IMG/VR virus record: IMGVR_UViG_3300009514_000021
Coordinates: 3,278 to 67,277 of that record
Source of the DNA: a virus
DNA: 64,000 nt
Direction: 5' to 3' (one strand)
Position 1 is the first letter of the stretch, and the number at the start of each line of letters is the position of its first letter. The notes beneath the pieces were generated by a model. That model searched no databases. It was not told where the DNA came from and worked only from the letters and a program-made list of their open reading frames with translations. Of the stretch, positions 37,301 to 47,412 are shown in pieces. Both the position numbers and the translations under genes were made by a program.

Positions 37301-39552
37301 GGTATTCTCGTGTCGAGCCCTTCCTGACCGACGTCGTCTCGACGGAGCTGCTGACGACCTTCCGGCTCGACAGCGGCAACCTCGGGGCGGGCGACGCCCA
37401 GGTGGTCATCAACAACAGCAACCATCACATCGTGGTGGCGACCCTCATCTACCGGGAGTCAGCGGGGCCCATCGAGTACCGCCGATTCATCGAGATGCCT
37501 TCCATCAGCATGGCCGGCATCCTCGACCCCGCAGAGCAGGGGTGGTCCGCGTCGGCTCCTCTTACCCTCGGCGTGGATGTCCAGAACGACGTCTTGGTCC
37601 TGACCCAAGAGAGCAGCGGCACCGGCGGCTACTTCGGGAGCCTCGATCTCTCAGGCATCGACTTCACCGACACCGGTGACCGCATCATCGAGGCTCGGTT
37701 CGCGGTCAAGGAGCACACCCCAGGTGTTGATGACTACCTGGGGGTCATGTTCGGCGCCGATGTCGGCATCGGGACGTTCCGGTTCGTGGGTATGGCCTTG
37801 CGGGCGGACCCAGCGGATCCAGGTGTCCACCTGATCACCACATCCAGCACGGTCGTCACCTCGTACGATTTCGACTGGACCGACGGCGAGCAGCACACCT
37901 ACCGCATCGTCGTGTCCGGTGGCGCCACCGTCACCCTGTTCATCGACGACGTCATCCAGCTACCCACGGTGAGCCTGGCCCTGTTCTCCGGTGGGGCCGG
38001 AAACACCGCGTCCTTCTTTGGGGCCTTGAACACCGACGGCACGGGGACTGTCGACGACACCAAGCGCAGCGTCGTCGAGTGGAGCGCGGTCTCGATCGTG
38101 ACGGCCCCACCGGCAGATGCCAAGAGGACCATCGGCGTCTGGAAGGGAGGGGACTTCGACCACATCAACTCCTGGGAGATCCCCAGGACCGACTCCTCAA
38201 CGGCGCCCAACTCGGCCGAGGTCGGCCCGGCCGTTGAGGAGATGGACTGGCGCACCGACATGGAGGTCCGTGTTCTCTACGACCCCGAGTGGGGCGCCAC
38301 CGTCTTCCGGCCGGACTTACCGCTGCCTCCCTACTACGTCCCGGAGGACCCCAACACCCCAGGTACGGGTCACGCGACCGTGCTGACCGAGCCCTCGGCC
38401 GGATGGATAAACGTCGAGAGCCCGAACCTGCCCAAGCTGGCCAGTACCTGCGGATTCGTCTCCTTCGGCGCCCTCGACGCTCGGGCCATCACTCAGCAGC
38501 GTTGGGACTCGATGCGCTACCGGATTTTCCGGCACCCGCTCGAGGACGTCATCACGCCGCGGCACATGGTGCTGAACCAGGCCAACGTTATCTCGAGCGG
38601 GGAGCTGACCCAAGACAAGGTCGCCGAGACGGTTATCGTCCAGACCACGTCCGCGACGACGCTCTCACTACGACCCACGCACCTGAACGCCTCGTACGTG
38701 ATCAAGGTCGTCGACGAGGGTAAGCCGGTCGGGGAACAGATCCTGACGCCCGACTTGTGGGTCTTCAACAAGACCTACCAGACCATCACGCTGGGAGAAG
38801 ACAGCGAAGGCGTCCAGGCCACGTTCTCGGGGGACAAAGTCCCGGTCACGGTGGTGTTCAAGCCCGGCAAACCGATCACCTCGACGTATCTCCAGATCCA
38901 GCCGCTTCTCGACAGCACAACGTTGCTGAACGAGGGGACCCCGCCCATCCCAAAGAGCCAGATTCTCCCCGAGACGCGCGGCCTCTTCCGCGGCTCCGAC
39001 CTGGTTCCTGGAGAACCGCTGGGCGAGGAGGTCACAGGGAGTACCGGCGCTGAGGACTTCCGGTTCGTCGAGTTCGACGCCGAGTTCAACGACCTCTACG
39101 AAAGCATGTCGTTTTACCAAGTGGACAACGATGGGGAGACAGGCCTCATCACGAGCATTTGCGAGGGTCTGATCCCCGAGGGGTTCTCCGGGTTCCAGCC
39201 GGGTGAGGGCGGCGACACCATCTACGAGCAGGGCGGGGGCGGCGCTCCCCTCGGAGCGGCCGGTTGGAGTGCCGGCCTGACCGACACCGGGACGACCGTT
39301 GGGTCGGTCACCGGTGGGCACGTGCTCGAGTTGTCGGGGCCGCCGTTCGTCGAGGAGCGTGCCGGCCTCCAGGCTGGGGCCGACGTTTATGACGGCCCCT
39401 TCTCCGGCGCCTGCTTTGTCCCCTCGGGGTCAGGGTTCTTGGGTCCGGTTCTCCCTGCCGCAGGTACCATCAACAACGGGTCCGTGCTGTTCGCCGTCCA
39501 AGACCCGGTTCCTGGGCCAACAACCTTCTTCGTCGTGAAATCCGCCAACTGA
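34375..39552 (+). CDS. Large virion structural protein with Ig-like and lectin-like beta domains (~1725 aa)
   Basis: The ORF track starts at 34333, but AGGAG at 34365-34369 followed by an in-frame TTG at 34375 is the better start. GYGQDQYGLGPYG N-terminus, Ig-like APELLSA...MFFSEEV, and DWTDGEQHTYRIVV...VTLFIDD beta-sandwich stretch. Confidence 0.7.
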   Translation: MAGGYGQDQYGLGPYGSVDITAPELLSAISLDGFRIEMFFSEEVADDAALVDTASYSLSDVDGAPTTLLSVAAESFGPDGVLSVILTHTGTTLGGTYSVGVVGGITDVSGNPIIPASVNIFTLGDPTPFTVTPISGTELLVVFQDTMLTPGAGSTIDLLSSYGLTQPAHPVVASLTGITHPYLADNSQVLLTIEDQTNLEYTLSVSPALAFEYDGSVLPDAATGFTGVEVNPTGGTSTIVSNKLSMDRPKDDFYGWAFQDTSGIITPLTSTLRFDFSFDAAAVYTPALSTFIEPIVGTLTVEDGPIGVGVMAQITLKHNASGNDAILVESDDFSDEVEVAWSTPGTNVLSAIRNRKAGFWTFLFNGRPFLTTIEANIDELASIVGGNGGASWVFSDESFDIEGFKVCECKFTATDTVFSGSWNFLHDELTLFTGSGELGRKSFFTKRGPLVKGWGDATPATNQDVVVRVDGTPVEVEEVNPYIGKVTLAVALPLKPPATAFAVEVDYKWFQNPIFEVGALNVDGCVLNQWDRDRDFTEREFTPTYHPRGAHAVSRFPMSLVLGPLARPEPRLIGHRYLGFEKEYSALLNDATTLLLNVDPHRSALPTFERSLKGVSEAYEGLQAPPSATPSWTLVGTDTGTTNVGEGEGGLGTYTLIDAQSGAYDPDNPTTAYYYRDADLTFPSSLFAVARLSIDASAVVADGVFTGVSFGVHNNLHLYLVGALLINDVHHVGLLLDATRPHEQASWSIGPTTMATAESQTTLTVDTVDIPPTLSPGDRFQVLTGNQAGAYTISAISAPITETRATLTIEDPGFVADVNLYGNKYPDITFEMRWDDLVTYRLEVDPDTQTGQLTVSGANTGTVVTLDGTTGMPQPAQTSLLLTFSEKGQVFWGSLSREATNASTWSFFRYGVVPDQATETASAIRVESEMSVLPQLDPGNEWFTTQTFGTSFIDTTGDVMVLKSDSASETLKFLFGYSRVEPFLTDVVSTELLTTFRLDSGNLGAGDAQVVINNSNHHIVVATLIYRESAGPIEYRRFIEMPSISMAGILDPAEQGWSASAPLTLGVDVQNDVLVLTQESSGTGGYFGSLDLSGIDFTDTGDRIIEARFAVKEHTPGVDDYLGVMFGADVGIGTFRFVGMALRADPADPGVHLITTSSTVVTSYDFDWTDGEQHTYRIVVSGGATVTLFIDDVIQLPTVSLALFSGGAGNTASFFGALNTDGTGTVDDTKRSVVEWSAVSIVTAPPADAKRTIGVWKGGDFDHINSWEIPRTDSSTAPNSAEVGPAVEEMDWRTDMEVRVLYDPEWGATVFRPDLPLPPYYVPEDPNTPGTGHATVLTEPSAGWINVESPNLPKLASTCGFVSFGALDARAITQQRWDSMRYRIFRHPLEDVITPRHMVLNQANVISSGELTQDKVAETVIVQTTSATTLSLRPTHLNASYVIKVVDEGKPVGEQILTPDLWVFNKTYQTITLGEDSEGVQATFSGDKVPVTVVFKPGKPITSTYLQIQPLLDSTTLLNEGTPPIPKSQILPETRGLFRGSDLVPGEPLGEEVTGSTGAEDFRFVEFDAEFNDLYESMSFYQVDNDGETGLITSICEGLIPEGFSGFQPGEGGDTIYEQGGGGAPLGAAGWSAGLTDTGTTVGSVTGGHVLELSGPPFVEERAGLQAGADVYDGPFSGACFVPSGSGFLGPVLPAAGTINNGSVLFAVQDPVPGPTTFFVVKSAN

Positions 39553-39561
39553 GCCCTATCC

Positions 39562-39592
39562 GTTAGATCGCCTATCCCTACCGAGGATAGAG
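39562..39592 (+). promoter_or_regulatory. Conserved intergenic motif copy 3
   Basis: GTTagatcgcCTATccctaccgaggataGAG; also contains inverted repeat CTATCC/GGATAG. Confidence 0.55.
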
Positions 39593-39613
39593 GGCAGAAC
39601 ATGCGAGGTCCTG

Positions 39614-40273
39614 ATGCCCCGGATATTTGCAGAGAAAGTATGGCGGGCCCGAACCGCGGTGAAGTTCGGCATGGGGATGCGGTTTGGCGAGCCTGGGCTG
39701 CTGTTCCAGGATGCGCATGGGCGGTTCATCTTCGATATGCGGGATGCGGCCACAGGCAAGCAGCTGGCCTATTTCGAAGAGGACAACGTCATCACCAAGG
39801 ACGCAGGAATCTTGGGGGCCCGCCTCTACCGGGATTCGACCGAACCGGCGGTCAGCGCCCACAACGGGCTGAAGATGCTCGCGGTAGGGACTGGCGCCAC
39901 GGGGGCCATCTTGTCCCCGGACGCCCCCACCAACACCCAGCGCTCCCTCAACAACGAGATCGAACGTAAGACCTTCTCTTCGGCCCAGTTCCGCGACGCC
40001 AACGGGTTCGCGGTCACCTACCCCACCAACATCGTCGACTTCACGACGACGTACGGAGAGAGCGAGGCAGTGGGCCCTCTCAACGAGATGGGCCTGATGT
40101 TCACGGTGTCGGACAACCCCACCATCAAGAACCCTCTTCCTGCGGGACCGGGAGGCTACGACCCCACCATCGACGTGACGACCTACGACATCATGGTGAA
40201 CTACCTGACCTTTTCCGTGATCTCGAAACCGGCGACGGCCATCGTCAGCCTCACCTGGCGCCTGACGTTTTGA
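39614..40273 (+). CDS. Baseplate / tail fibre attachment protein, 219 aa
   Basis: LAVGTG...SLNNEIERK...FTTTYGESEAVGPLNEMGL...ISKP...LTWRLTF resembles myovirus fibre-anchoring baseplate subunits. GAGG upstream. Confidence 0.6.
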   Translation: MPRIFAEKVWRARTAVKFGMGMRFGEPGLLFQDAHGRFIFDMRDAATGKQLAYFEEDNVITKDAGILGARLYRDSTEPAVSAHNGLKMLAVGTGATGAILSPDAPTNTQRSLNNEIERKTFSSAQFRDANGFAVTYPTNIVDFTTTYGESEAVGPLNEMGLMFTVSDNPTIKNPLPAGPGGYDPTIDVTTYDIMVNYLTFSVISKPATAIVSLTWRLTF

Positions 40274-40309
40274 GCTGGGCTAACCGCACACGGACTTGGT
40301 GAGGCTTGA

Positions 40310-43300
40310 ATGGCGGTCAAAGACCAAGAAAAGCACTTCGATGACCTGAGCGTTTCGGGCGATCCCGTCGTTGCAGTCCCGAACACCGTCTCCCGGCACC
40401 TCCAGCCGGGGGACCGGTCGTTCCAGCAGGTCGTGTTCCAGGTCAACAAGCCTGTCACCGACGCCGACCTGAACCTGGCCCAGGACGCCGCGGCCTTCGC
40501 CCGTCGGCTCCTGCTGTCCAAGCAGACCCCCTCGGGGTGGCTCCGCGGCGCGGGCCACCACAACGCCCTCAACGACTACGGGTTCGACGGCGTGACCCCC
40601 AACGTGTTCACCCTCCCGCGACTCGAGGCGATCGTCGGTGGGTATCCGGTCGTCATCGAGTTCACCGACACCACGACCGACGACGAGAACGTCGTCACCC
40701 TCGACATCCCGACAATCTACGACGGGACCCCCACGACGGTGAAACGCTCGGACTTCGTCTTCCTCGAGGTCTGGCTGTCTCTTGTCGCTCCGGCCACCAA
40801 GGCCTCGGCCGTCGTGACCGTGGTCGACTCTACCTCGATTACCGCTGGCGACCTGGTCACTATCGGAGGTACTCCGCTCACTGCGGTGGCCGGGGCCCCC
40901 GCGGTCGACGAGTACACCTTTGTCTCCGGTGACGACGGGACCACTGCGACCAACATGGCGGCGGCCATCAACGACGGCGCCAACTCGTTCTCTGGGACGG
41001 TCGCGGCCCTGGCCATCGGCAACACAGTCGTCATCAGCGCGGTCGCCAACGGCACCGCCGGCAACGGCATCACCCTGACGGTCACCAACTTCATCGTCGG
41101 GGCCACAACAGCTTCGGGCGCTCTCGGTGGTGGTGTGGACCGCATCAACGCGCCGGACCAGGACAACCTCTACCGGCACGGCAACGTGCTGTCACCTCTC
41201 GGGGTCGCCCTCCCGGACGACCTGATCGACCCGACGCTGTCGATGGAGTCCACCCAGCGCGTCCAGGTCCAGTACCGCATCCGTGCCACCGGCGCGGCCG
41301 AGGCTGTCAACCGCAAGGCCCATCCAGACGGGTTCTCGAACCCCCTGGGTGGTGGTCCCCCAGCAGCCATCTTGGCTCAAGGTGGTTACACGGGCCCTGT
41401 GGCCGACTACCCCTTTGTCCCCGCCGACGGGGCTTCGACATGGTTCAGCTCCGACGCCTCTGCCTACGGCATCGTCGACGACGGGCTCTGGATTGCCGGT
41501 GATGGCACGGGGACAGCTGCTGAAGACCTGGGCGCCCTCGACGGGTTCGTGTACGCCATCCCCATCGCGTTCGTGTTCCGGCGCAATGACGCCTCCGACG
41601 CGGGGGCCGCGGTCCAGGGTTTTGACCCGGTCCTCAACACCAACGGGGCCCCCGTTTTTGGGCATGGTGGCTTCGCCGGAGTTCTGGGTGCCATCCCCGC
41701 AGGACTCTCAGACCGACCCGACGGCTACTTCGCGGACATCATCGAGGCCACGGACATCCTGGACCTGCGCCGGCATGTTTCGCTGACCAGCTTCGACCTC
41801 CGAAGCGAGTTGCAGTATCAGATCCAGTCGCTCCTGGATGGGTCGCTGCGGACTTGGGCTATCGACACCGAGGACAAGCAGACCTTGGGAACAGGTTCGG
41901 GCGACGTATCGACCCAGTTCCTCGTCTGCAACGAGATCGGGCGGCGCGCCACCGAGGGCGGAACCGCGCCGCCGACGGGGGACTCCACGGGACGAGGCGT
42001 CGCCATCCGGAACTTCGACCACATCTGCCGCCGGTTCGCCGGCCAGCCGGTCGTCGAGCGGGTCGTGTTCGCCTTCTACCCTGGTGACAAGCCCGACCTG
42101 GTGACTCAAGGTGGGCCCGCGGCTCCGGGCATCGAGAACCCCGGCAAGTACGTCATCAAGGCCGAGGACGGTGGGGTCCCCATCGACACCCTGCTCTGGT
42201 ACGAGAACGACGTCCTGCACCTCGACCTCGACATGTGGGACGCCACGACGCTGGGAGGAACCTTCCACGGCTTGACCGGCGGCGGCATCTCGGGTGTGGG
42301 CTTGCCCTCGGTGTTCTTCACGACGTTCGCGCCTCCAGGGACCACGATCACCGACGTCCTGGGCATGTGGCACGACGATGGGGACTACACCACCCCGGTC
42401 GACCAGACAGTCAAGGCCAAGCTCATCCAGGGGCTCGGGACGCCGCACCTGGAGATCACCCTGGACGCCAACGACAACTCCGCGACGGGCGGCATCGTGG
42501 CCGCCGCGTACCGGATGGTCGGCTCGGATGTCGGCGGGGTCATCACCTCGGACGGCTCTCCCCGCCGCATCTTCGTCGAGGTGGAGATTACCTACCCCCT
42601 CGGCGTTGGCACGACCGACACCCCCGACCTCGAAGTCGATCCCGACGCGGTCTTCTACGACGGCACCATCGGCGCCGGTCCCGGGCCGATGATCGAGAAC
42701 GACCTGACCTTCCGGCCCAGCGACCTCGACGTACTTCTCGAGCCGCGGTTCCGGAGCGGGTTCCGGGAGATCCGTCTCGAGTACGTGACCAACGACACCC
42801 AGGCCCATGGTCCGCCGAGCATCGGGTCCCCCATCGGGAGCATCGTTACCGAGGAGATCGTCAGCCGCAACACGCTCGACCTGTATTTCCCCCACAGGGT
42901 GTACGGGGACGGCGGTGCGTACACGGCCGGCATCACGGTCACCGACGTGCCCGCCGCAGCCGGCGTCACGGTGGACACGGCGGTCTCGGAGTTCGGGAGC
43001 AGTTCCCGCAAGGTCACCCTGATTCCAGGGACGCCGCTGTCAGGTGCTGGGCACACCCTGGCGGCCATCGAATACTTCGGCCAGGACCCGATCCCTAACT
43101 ACGGCCCCTCTGGTGCGGCTGGGTACCAGCTCAGCGTGTACTTCCGGAGCAACGCCCCACAGACGGCCGGCGTGAAGGAAGGCAACATCTTGACCACGGG
43201 GGACGGCGTCATCCCCACGACGCTCCACGTGGAGCCCTTGATGGTGTCGGCCAATCTCTGGACGGGCCAGGTAGGCATGGGATCGGTCGACCAGGCCTTC

Positions 43301-43822
43301 CCGTATGGTGCTCCGTTGGACCAGATTCCGACCAACGACGGACCCGCACCTTCGACGATGGAGTGGTACTTCACCGCGACGGCCTCAACCACGGTCGACG
43401 ATTTCAACGCCGACACAGGCCTTATGGCCCTCCACAGCTTCGTCCAGATCGACGGCCAGGACATCCTCGAGCTGGGGGGTGTCGGAGGCGACGAGCCTCC
43501 GCGCAAGGACGCCGAGTTCCGGGCCTATTACCCGTTCTCGGACGACGACGCCTACCGGCCGACCGCGATGTCCCAGCCGTTGTCGGGGGCTGTGCGTCAC
43601 AAGGTGTTCGCGCCTGTCCTCTGCCGAGCCACCGAGGATGTCCCCGGTGTGACCGGAGGCCTCCTGTATCGGAAGAACGAGCTGCTCCTGGTGGTCTTCA
43701 GTCGGTTCGCCGAGCTGGACGAGGAGAACACGGTCCGCTTCATCGACCCCAAGGCCGACAACCGAACCGGCGCTGGGGTGTACCGAACCCGCAACATGCT
43801 GCTGGTCGTAGGAGATAGCTAG
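40310..43822 (+). CDS. Tail fibre/baseplate protein with DUF6519-like N-terminus, 1170 aa (paralogue of 54609..60899)
   Basis: VSRHLQP...FQQVVFQVNKPVTDADLN, DFVFLEVW, ESTQRVQVQYRIR, LDGFVYAIPIAFVFRRN, RPDGYFAD...DILDLRR. Confidence 0.65.
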   Translation: MAVKDQEKHFDDLSVSGDPVVAVPNTVSRHLQPGDRSFQQVVFQVNKPVTDADLNLAQDAAAFARRLLLSKQTPSGWLRGAGHHNALNDYGFDGVTPNVFTLPRLEAIVGGYPVVIEFTDTTTDDENVVTLDIPTIYDGTPTTVKRSDFVFLEVWLSLVAPATKASAVVTVVDSTSITAGDLVTIGGTPLTAVAGAPAVDEYTFVSGDDGTTATNMAAAINDGANSFSGTVAALAIGNTVVISAVANGTAGNGITLTVTNFIVGATTASGALGGGVDRINAPDQDNLYRHGNVLSPLGVALPDDLIDPTLSMESTQRVQVQYRIRATGAAEAVNRKAHPDGFSNPLGGGPPAAILAQGGYTGPVADYPFVPADGASTWFSSDASAYGIVDDGLWIAGDGTGTAAEDLGALDGFVYAIPIAFVFRRNDASDAGAAVQGFDPVLNTNGAPVFGHGGFAGVLGAIPAGLSDRPDGYFADIIEATDILDLRRHVSLTSFDLRSELQYQIQSLLDGSLRTWAIDTEDKQTLGTGSGDVSTQFLVCNEIGRRATEGGTAPPTGDSTGRGVAIRNFDHICRRFAGQPVVERVVFAFYPGDKPDLVTQGGPAAPGIENPGKYVIKAEDGGVPIDTLLWYENDVLHLDLDMWDATTLGGTFHGLTGGGISGVGLPSVFFTTFAPPGTTITDVLGMWHDDGDYTTPVDQTVKAKLIQGLGTPHLEITLDANDNSATGGIVAAAYRMVGSDVGGVITSDGSPRRIFVEVEITYPLGVGTTDTPDLEVDPDAVFYDGTIGAGPGPMIENDLTFRPSDLDVLLEPRFRSGFREIRLEYVTNDTQAHGPPSIGSPIGSIVTEEIVSRNTLDLYFPHRVYGDGGAYTAGITVTDVPAAAGVTVDTAVSEFGSSSRKVTLIPGTPLSGAGHTLAAIEYFGQDPIPNYGPSGAAGYQLSVYFRSNAPQTAGVKEGNILTTGDGVIPTTLHVEPLMVSANLWTGQVGMGSVDQAFPYGAPLDQIPTNDGPAPSTMEWYFTATASTTVDDFNADTGLMALHSFVQIDGQDILELGGVGGDEPPRKDAEFRAYYPFSDDDAYRPTAMSQPLSGAVRHKVFAPVLCRATEDVPGVTGGLLYRKNELLLVVFSRFAELDEENTVRFIDPKADNRTGAGVYRTRNMLLVVGDS

Positions 43823-46800
43823 TGCCGCGCCCTGTAGACCCAGGAACCATTCGCGTTGGTCCTGGCCGGCGTTCCCCCGACGGCCAGGAAGAAGCCGTCC
43901 TGACCGGACCGGGCATGGCTGGCGCGGGCCCCAACATCGGAACCGAGGACATCACAACGTCAACGCCACCCACAGGAGGTGGCGGCGGCGCCGGCCTGGA
44001 GTCCCACACCGAATCTGGCTCGGCCCACCCGGCCTCGGCGATCACCACGGACGGACACCCAGAAACGGTGCCCGTCTCCAATGTCGAGGACGCCATCGAC
44101 GCCCTTGCAGGAGCCTTGCCGCCGGAGCCGCCCAAGCTCGGGTTTCAGCATAGCCACCTGGAGTTCACCGGAATCCCCGACTGGGGCTCGCTGAAGCTCC
44201 TCGACAGCAGCCTACTGGACCGCGGGGTTGTCACGTCGGCCAACGCCGCCGCTGACATGTTCCCCTACTACTACGTGGCGCCCTCGCCGGCGCTCGACAC
44301 CCCCGAGTTCCCAGTTCTGGGTGCCGACCCCCAGACGGATGTCCTGTTCAACTCCGGTCTGGCCATCACTGGTGGGTTCGGGCCCGGCAACGCCTTCGCC
44401 GGCGGCTACACTCGGCCGCCGGGCGGGCCGGATCCGGTGCCGGTCATTCCGACCTCAACTATCATCGACCGCGAGGGGTCGGCCAAACCTGTCGTGGTCT
44501 CCGGGGCCTTGTATCCAGCCGACAGGGGTGTGCTGGCTGTTCTGCATTGGCCCGCCGGTGGAGACACCGCGGCTTTCCTTGCGCAGCCACTGCTCGACCG
44601 TTGCCCCTTTGCCATCCTCTTGGGTCGCGGCATCCTGGATGCGGACGCCGCGGGGGTTCCCTGCGACGGGGATGCAGGGGGTATTTTCACCCTGGGTACG
44701 GACCCAGACGGTAACTACGACCCCTTTGTGTTCCCGGGGCAGGCCACAGGTCAGTACGACCTTCTCGAGTTGTACTTGGGGACCTCTCTCCTGGATGGGT
44801 CGACCCTCCCCGCACCGTTCGACGACTACGACCAGGACACGGTTGCCGGCGCCAAGCGCGTCCCTGACGCGCCTCTTCCCAGCCCGGGGCAGGTTCGGTT
44901 GGGCACAGATCCCAACGCAGGTGAGACCCCCCTCACTTACGGCATCCCGATCTTGGGGAGCCATCCGGACATGTACGATCCGCCGCCAGGAGCCACGATC
45001 GGCGACGCAGCACTCGATACGGGCAACTTCTTCCGGTACCGGCTGCCCTACCTGGACGACTACTCCCAGGCGACCGGACTCAAGTACACCCCCAGCGGGC
45101 AACCGGGAACCGAGCTGACCACCAAGGAGAAGTTCCGGTTCTTCTCGGTCCCGACAGATCCACTGGCCTTCCCGCCCAACACCGGTGTCCCCAAAGATGT
45201 GACGGGAGCGGTGACCGAGATCGACCAGGCGGGCAACTTCCCCGACTTCCCCAAGGACCACTACCCGTGGCAAATCGCCCGGTTCCGTCAAGCCTTCTTC
45301 CTCAAGCACACAGGGGGTGGAGCGGTCTTCGAGGAGCACGGGACCTACTTCCTGGTGCACTTCAAGAAAGAGAAGGACTTCGAGGCCTTCGTGCGCGACG
45401 GTGTCGAGCCCGACGACCCGACCGACGGGTACGAGGTTTACTCGGCGTACTTCATTCCAGGTTCCACGGGGATCGACGAGCTGGACCGCAAGGTCAACGA
45501 CGAGACTTCGACCGCAGTGCCGGCTCCGGCAGGGCCGGCACCTGACTACGGTTACTCGGCGCTGACGTACCACAACATCCGGGCCAACATCTTCGAGGAT
45601 CCCGACGATCACCTGCTCGCCTCGGGCGATTTCACGACCACCGACTCGACCTTCATCTCGGCGTCGACTCCTGGTGTCGGATTCGAGTGGGTGGTTTGGG
45701 TTTCGGGCGTCTCGTACTTCACTCCACGGGACCACACTACGGGACTGTCAGGGACCAACCTCACGGTCGAGTTCACCGCTTCCGGGTTCTGGACCAACAG
45801 CTTCCGCACAGACGACCGGCAGCTCTCGGGCGCCCTGGCCGACACCGCTCCGGCTCTACTCTCGAGTCCGTGTCCCGCTTTCCTGGGACTGGCGCCTTTT
45901 TCCTTCGGTGATGTCCCTGGGGCCGTGTCGTATCTCCACACGACAGGAGCTGCGCCTGGCGCGTACGCGCCTTCCGATGCTTTCTTGCGGCAGCAGCGGC
46001 TGGAGATCCCCTACACCCACCTCGGGTCCAACGGCACTGGCGTGTTCTCTTCGACCAACGGCCCGCTCGCGGGTGACTCGATGGACATCCCCTCGGGCCC
46101 GCTCATCGAGTTCGCCGGCGACGACCGCCGCCCCTCATTCTCAGCCGATGCGAAGGTACGGGCCTACTTCCGCCGCCCCTTCAATCACTACGGGCTGACC
46201 CCGACCGACACCATCCGACCGTACACCGCGACGGACGGCCACGGCATCGTGGGTGTCGATACCGGCGGCGACATCATCCTCTTCCACTCGACCAACTTCA
46301 ACCTCGTGGCCCCGTTGTCCAACTTCGGCAACTTCCGGACGGGTGGCGCGGCTCCGACCGTCGCCTATGCCACGCTGGCCTTCCCCATCAAGGACTACCA
46401 CGACCAGTTCCTAGACGAGGTCTACCGATACGGGACGGTGGCCGACGACATCGCACCCGCGGGTCCCTTGGACGCCCTGTACGGCGCGGGAGCCGAAGCC
46501 GCTATCGAAGGCCCCGGAATCGGTGGTTGGGTCTCCGGTCCGATCGAGACCCCCATCCGCATCGGCCACGTTCCTGGCGCGAGTGTCTGGCAGGCCGTCT
46601 CGTTCGTCCAGAACGATGAGCACCTCACCGACCTCGGAGGGACTTCATTCCTCCAGGTGGCTGGTCTCCCGGATAGGAACCCGCCGATCACCGACGGGAA
46701 CCTTTTCCCATTCCCGTCAGCGGGCGTCCTCCTGTACCCCCACAAGGACTACTCTTCGGGGTACATCCCGGGCGCCGGCGTTCATATCGCGTCCGTGCAG

Positions 46801-47409
46801 CCTGACTACTCGGCCGCCGCTGGCCGGCGGTCGTACACCCGTGTCCTCGACATGACCGTGTTCACCGCGGTCGCCGCAGCGGGGGATCGGACCGCTATCC
46901 TCCGCATCGACGGCCTCCAGCTCCAGGACTACGCGTACAGCGCTCCCGGGCCGGGCGACATCACCGGAACCTCCGGTATCGCCATCTTGGTCAAGATCCC
47001 CGGGCTGACGACCTGGATGGACATCGGCCGAACCGACGGCGACGGGCCCAGCAAACAGGATCCGGCGTTGGATGGTGCGGGATGTCAGGTCGTTGGTCCG
47101 GACACCTACGACGCTGTCGACTCCGAGACGGGCATGGTCTACTCGCACGTCAAGATTCATGTGGGGCCAACGGCCGCACTCTTCGCCATGACAGGTCTGC
47201 ACGGAGCCTCGGGTATCGACGCGGCGGATGTCGGCAAGGTTCCTCTGATGGTCCAGGTACGCATGGACCCAGCGGCCGCGGCGTTCAATCTCGAGGACGA
47301 GTACGACCCCGGCAGCAAGACTTTCGCAGGTTCGCCTGGTCCCGGCATCGAGTCCGCCAAGGTTCGTGGGCTGGTCGGTATCCGAGCTATCGACCCCGCC
47401 GCGCTCTAG
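43822..47409 (+). CDS. Large virion structural protein, 1195 aa
   Basis: TAGTG coupling, AGGAG upstream. Fibre-type motif H...AHPASAI...NVEDAIDAL near the N-terminus; Pro/Gly/Asp-rich. Confidence 0.7.
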   Translation: MPRPVDPGTIRVGPGRRSPDGQEEAVLTGPGMAGAGPNIGTEDITTSTPPTGGGGGAGLESHTESGSAHPASAITTDGHPETVPVSNVEDAIDALAGALPPEPPKLGFQHSHLEFTGIPDWGSLKLLDSSLLDRGVVTSANAAADMFPYYYVAPSPALDTPEFPVLGADPQTDVLFNSGLAITGGFGPGNAFAGGYTRPPGGPDPVPVIPTSTIIDREGSAKPVVVSGALYPADRGVLAVLHWPAGGDTAAFLAQPLLDRCPFAILLGRGILDADAAGVPCDGDAGGIFTLGTDPDGNYDPFVFPGQATGQYDLLELYLGTSLLDGSTLPAPFDDYDQDTVAGAKRVPDAPLPSPGQVRLGTDPNAGETPLTYGIPILGSHPDMYDPPPGATIGDAALDTGNFFRYRLPYLDDYSQATGLKYTPSGQPGTELTTKEKFRFFSVPTDPLAFPPNTGVPKDVTGAVTEIDQAGNFPDFPKDHYPWQIARFRQAFFLKHTGGGAVFEEHGTYFLVHFKKEKDFEAFVRDGVEPDDPTDGYEVYSAYFIPGSTGIDELDRKVNDETSTAVPAPAGPAPDYGYSALTYHNIRANIFEDPDDHLLASGDFTTTDSTFISASTPGVGFEWVVWVSGVSYFTPRDHTTGLSGTNLTVEFTASGFWTNSFRTDDRQLSGALADTAPALLSSPCPAFLGLAPFSFGDVPGAVSYLHTTGAAPGAYAPSDAFLRQQRLEIPYTHLGSNGTGVFSSTNGPLAGDSMDIPSGPLIEFAGDDRRPSFSADAKVRAYFRRPFNHYGLTPTDTIRPYTATDGHGIVGVDTGGDIILFHSTNFNLVAPLSNFGNFRTGGAAPTVAYATLAFPIKDYHDQFLDEVYRYGTVADDIAPAGPLDALYGAGAEAAIEGPGIGGWVSGPIETPIRIGHVPGASVWQAVSFVQNDEHLTDLGGTSFLQVAGLPDRNPPITDGNLFPFPSAGVLLYPHKDYSSGYIPGAGVHIASVQPDYSAAAGRRSYTRVLDMTVFTAVAAAGDRTAILRIDGLQLQDYAYSAPGPGDITGTSGIAILVKIPGLTTWMDIGRTDGDGPSKQDPALDGAGCQVVGPDTYDAVDSETGMVYSHVKIHVGPTAALFAMTGLHGASGIDAADVGKVPLMVQVRMDPAAAAFNLEDEYDPGSKTFAGSPGPGIESAKVRGLVGIRAIDPAAL

Positions 47410-47412
47410 CCC

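Noticed and set aside
40274-40309. Possible fifth copy of the late-promoter motif (CTAA...ggtGAG)
   Set aside because: CTAA rather than CTAT, spacing of 17 rather than 14, and no GTT at the expected position.
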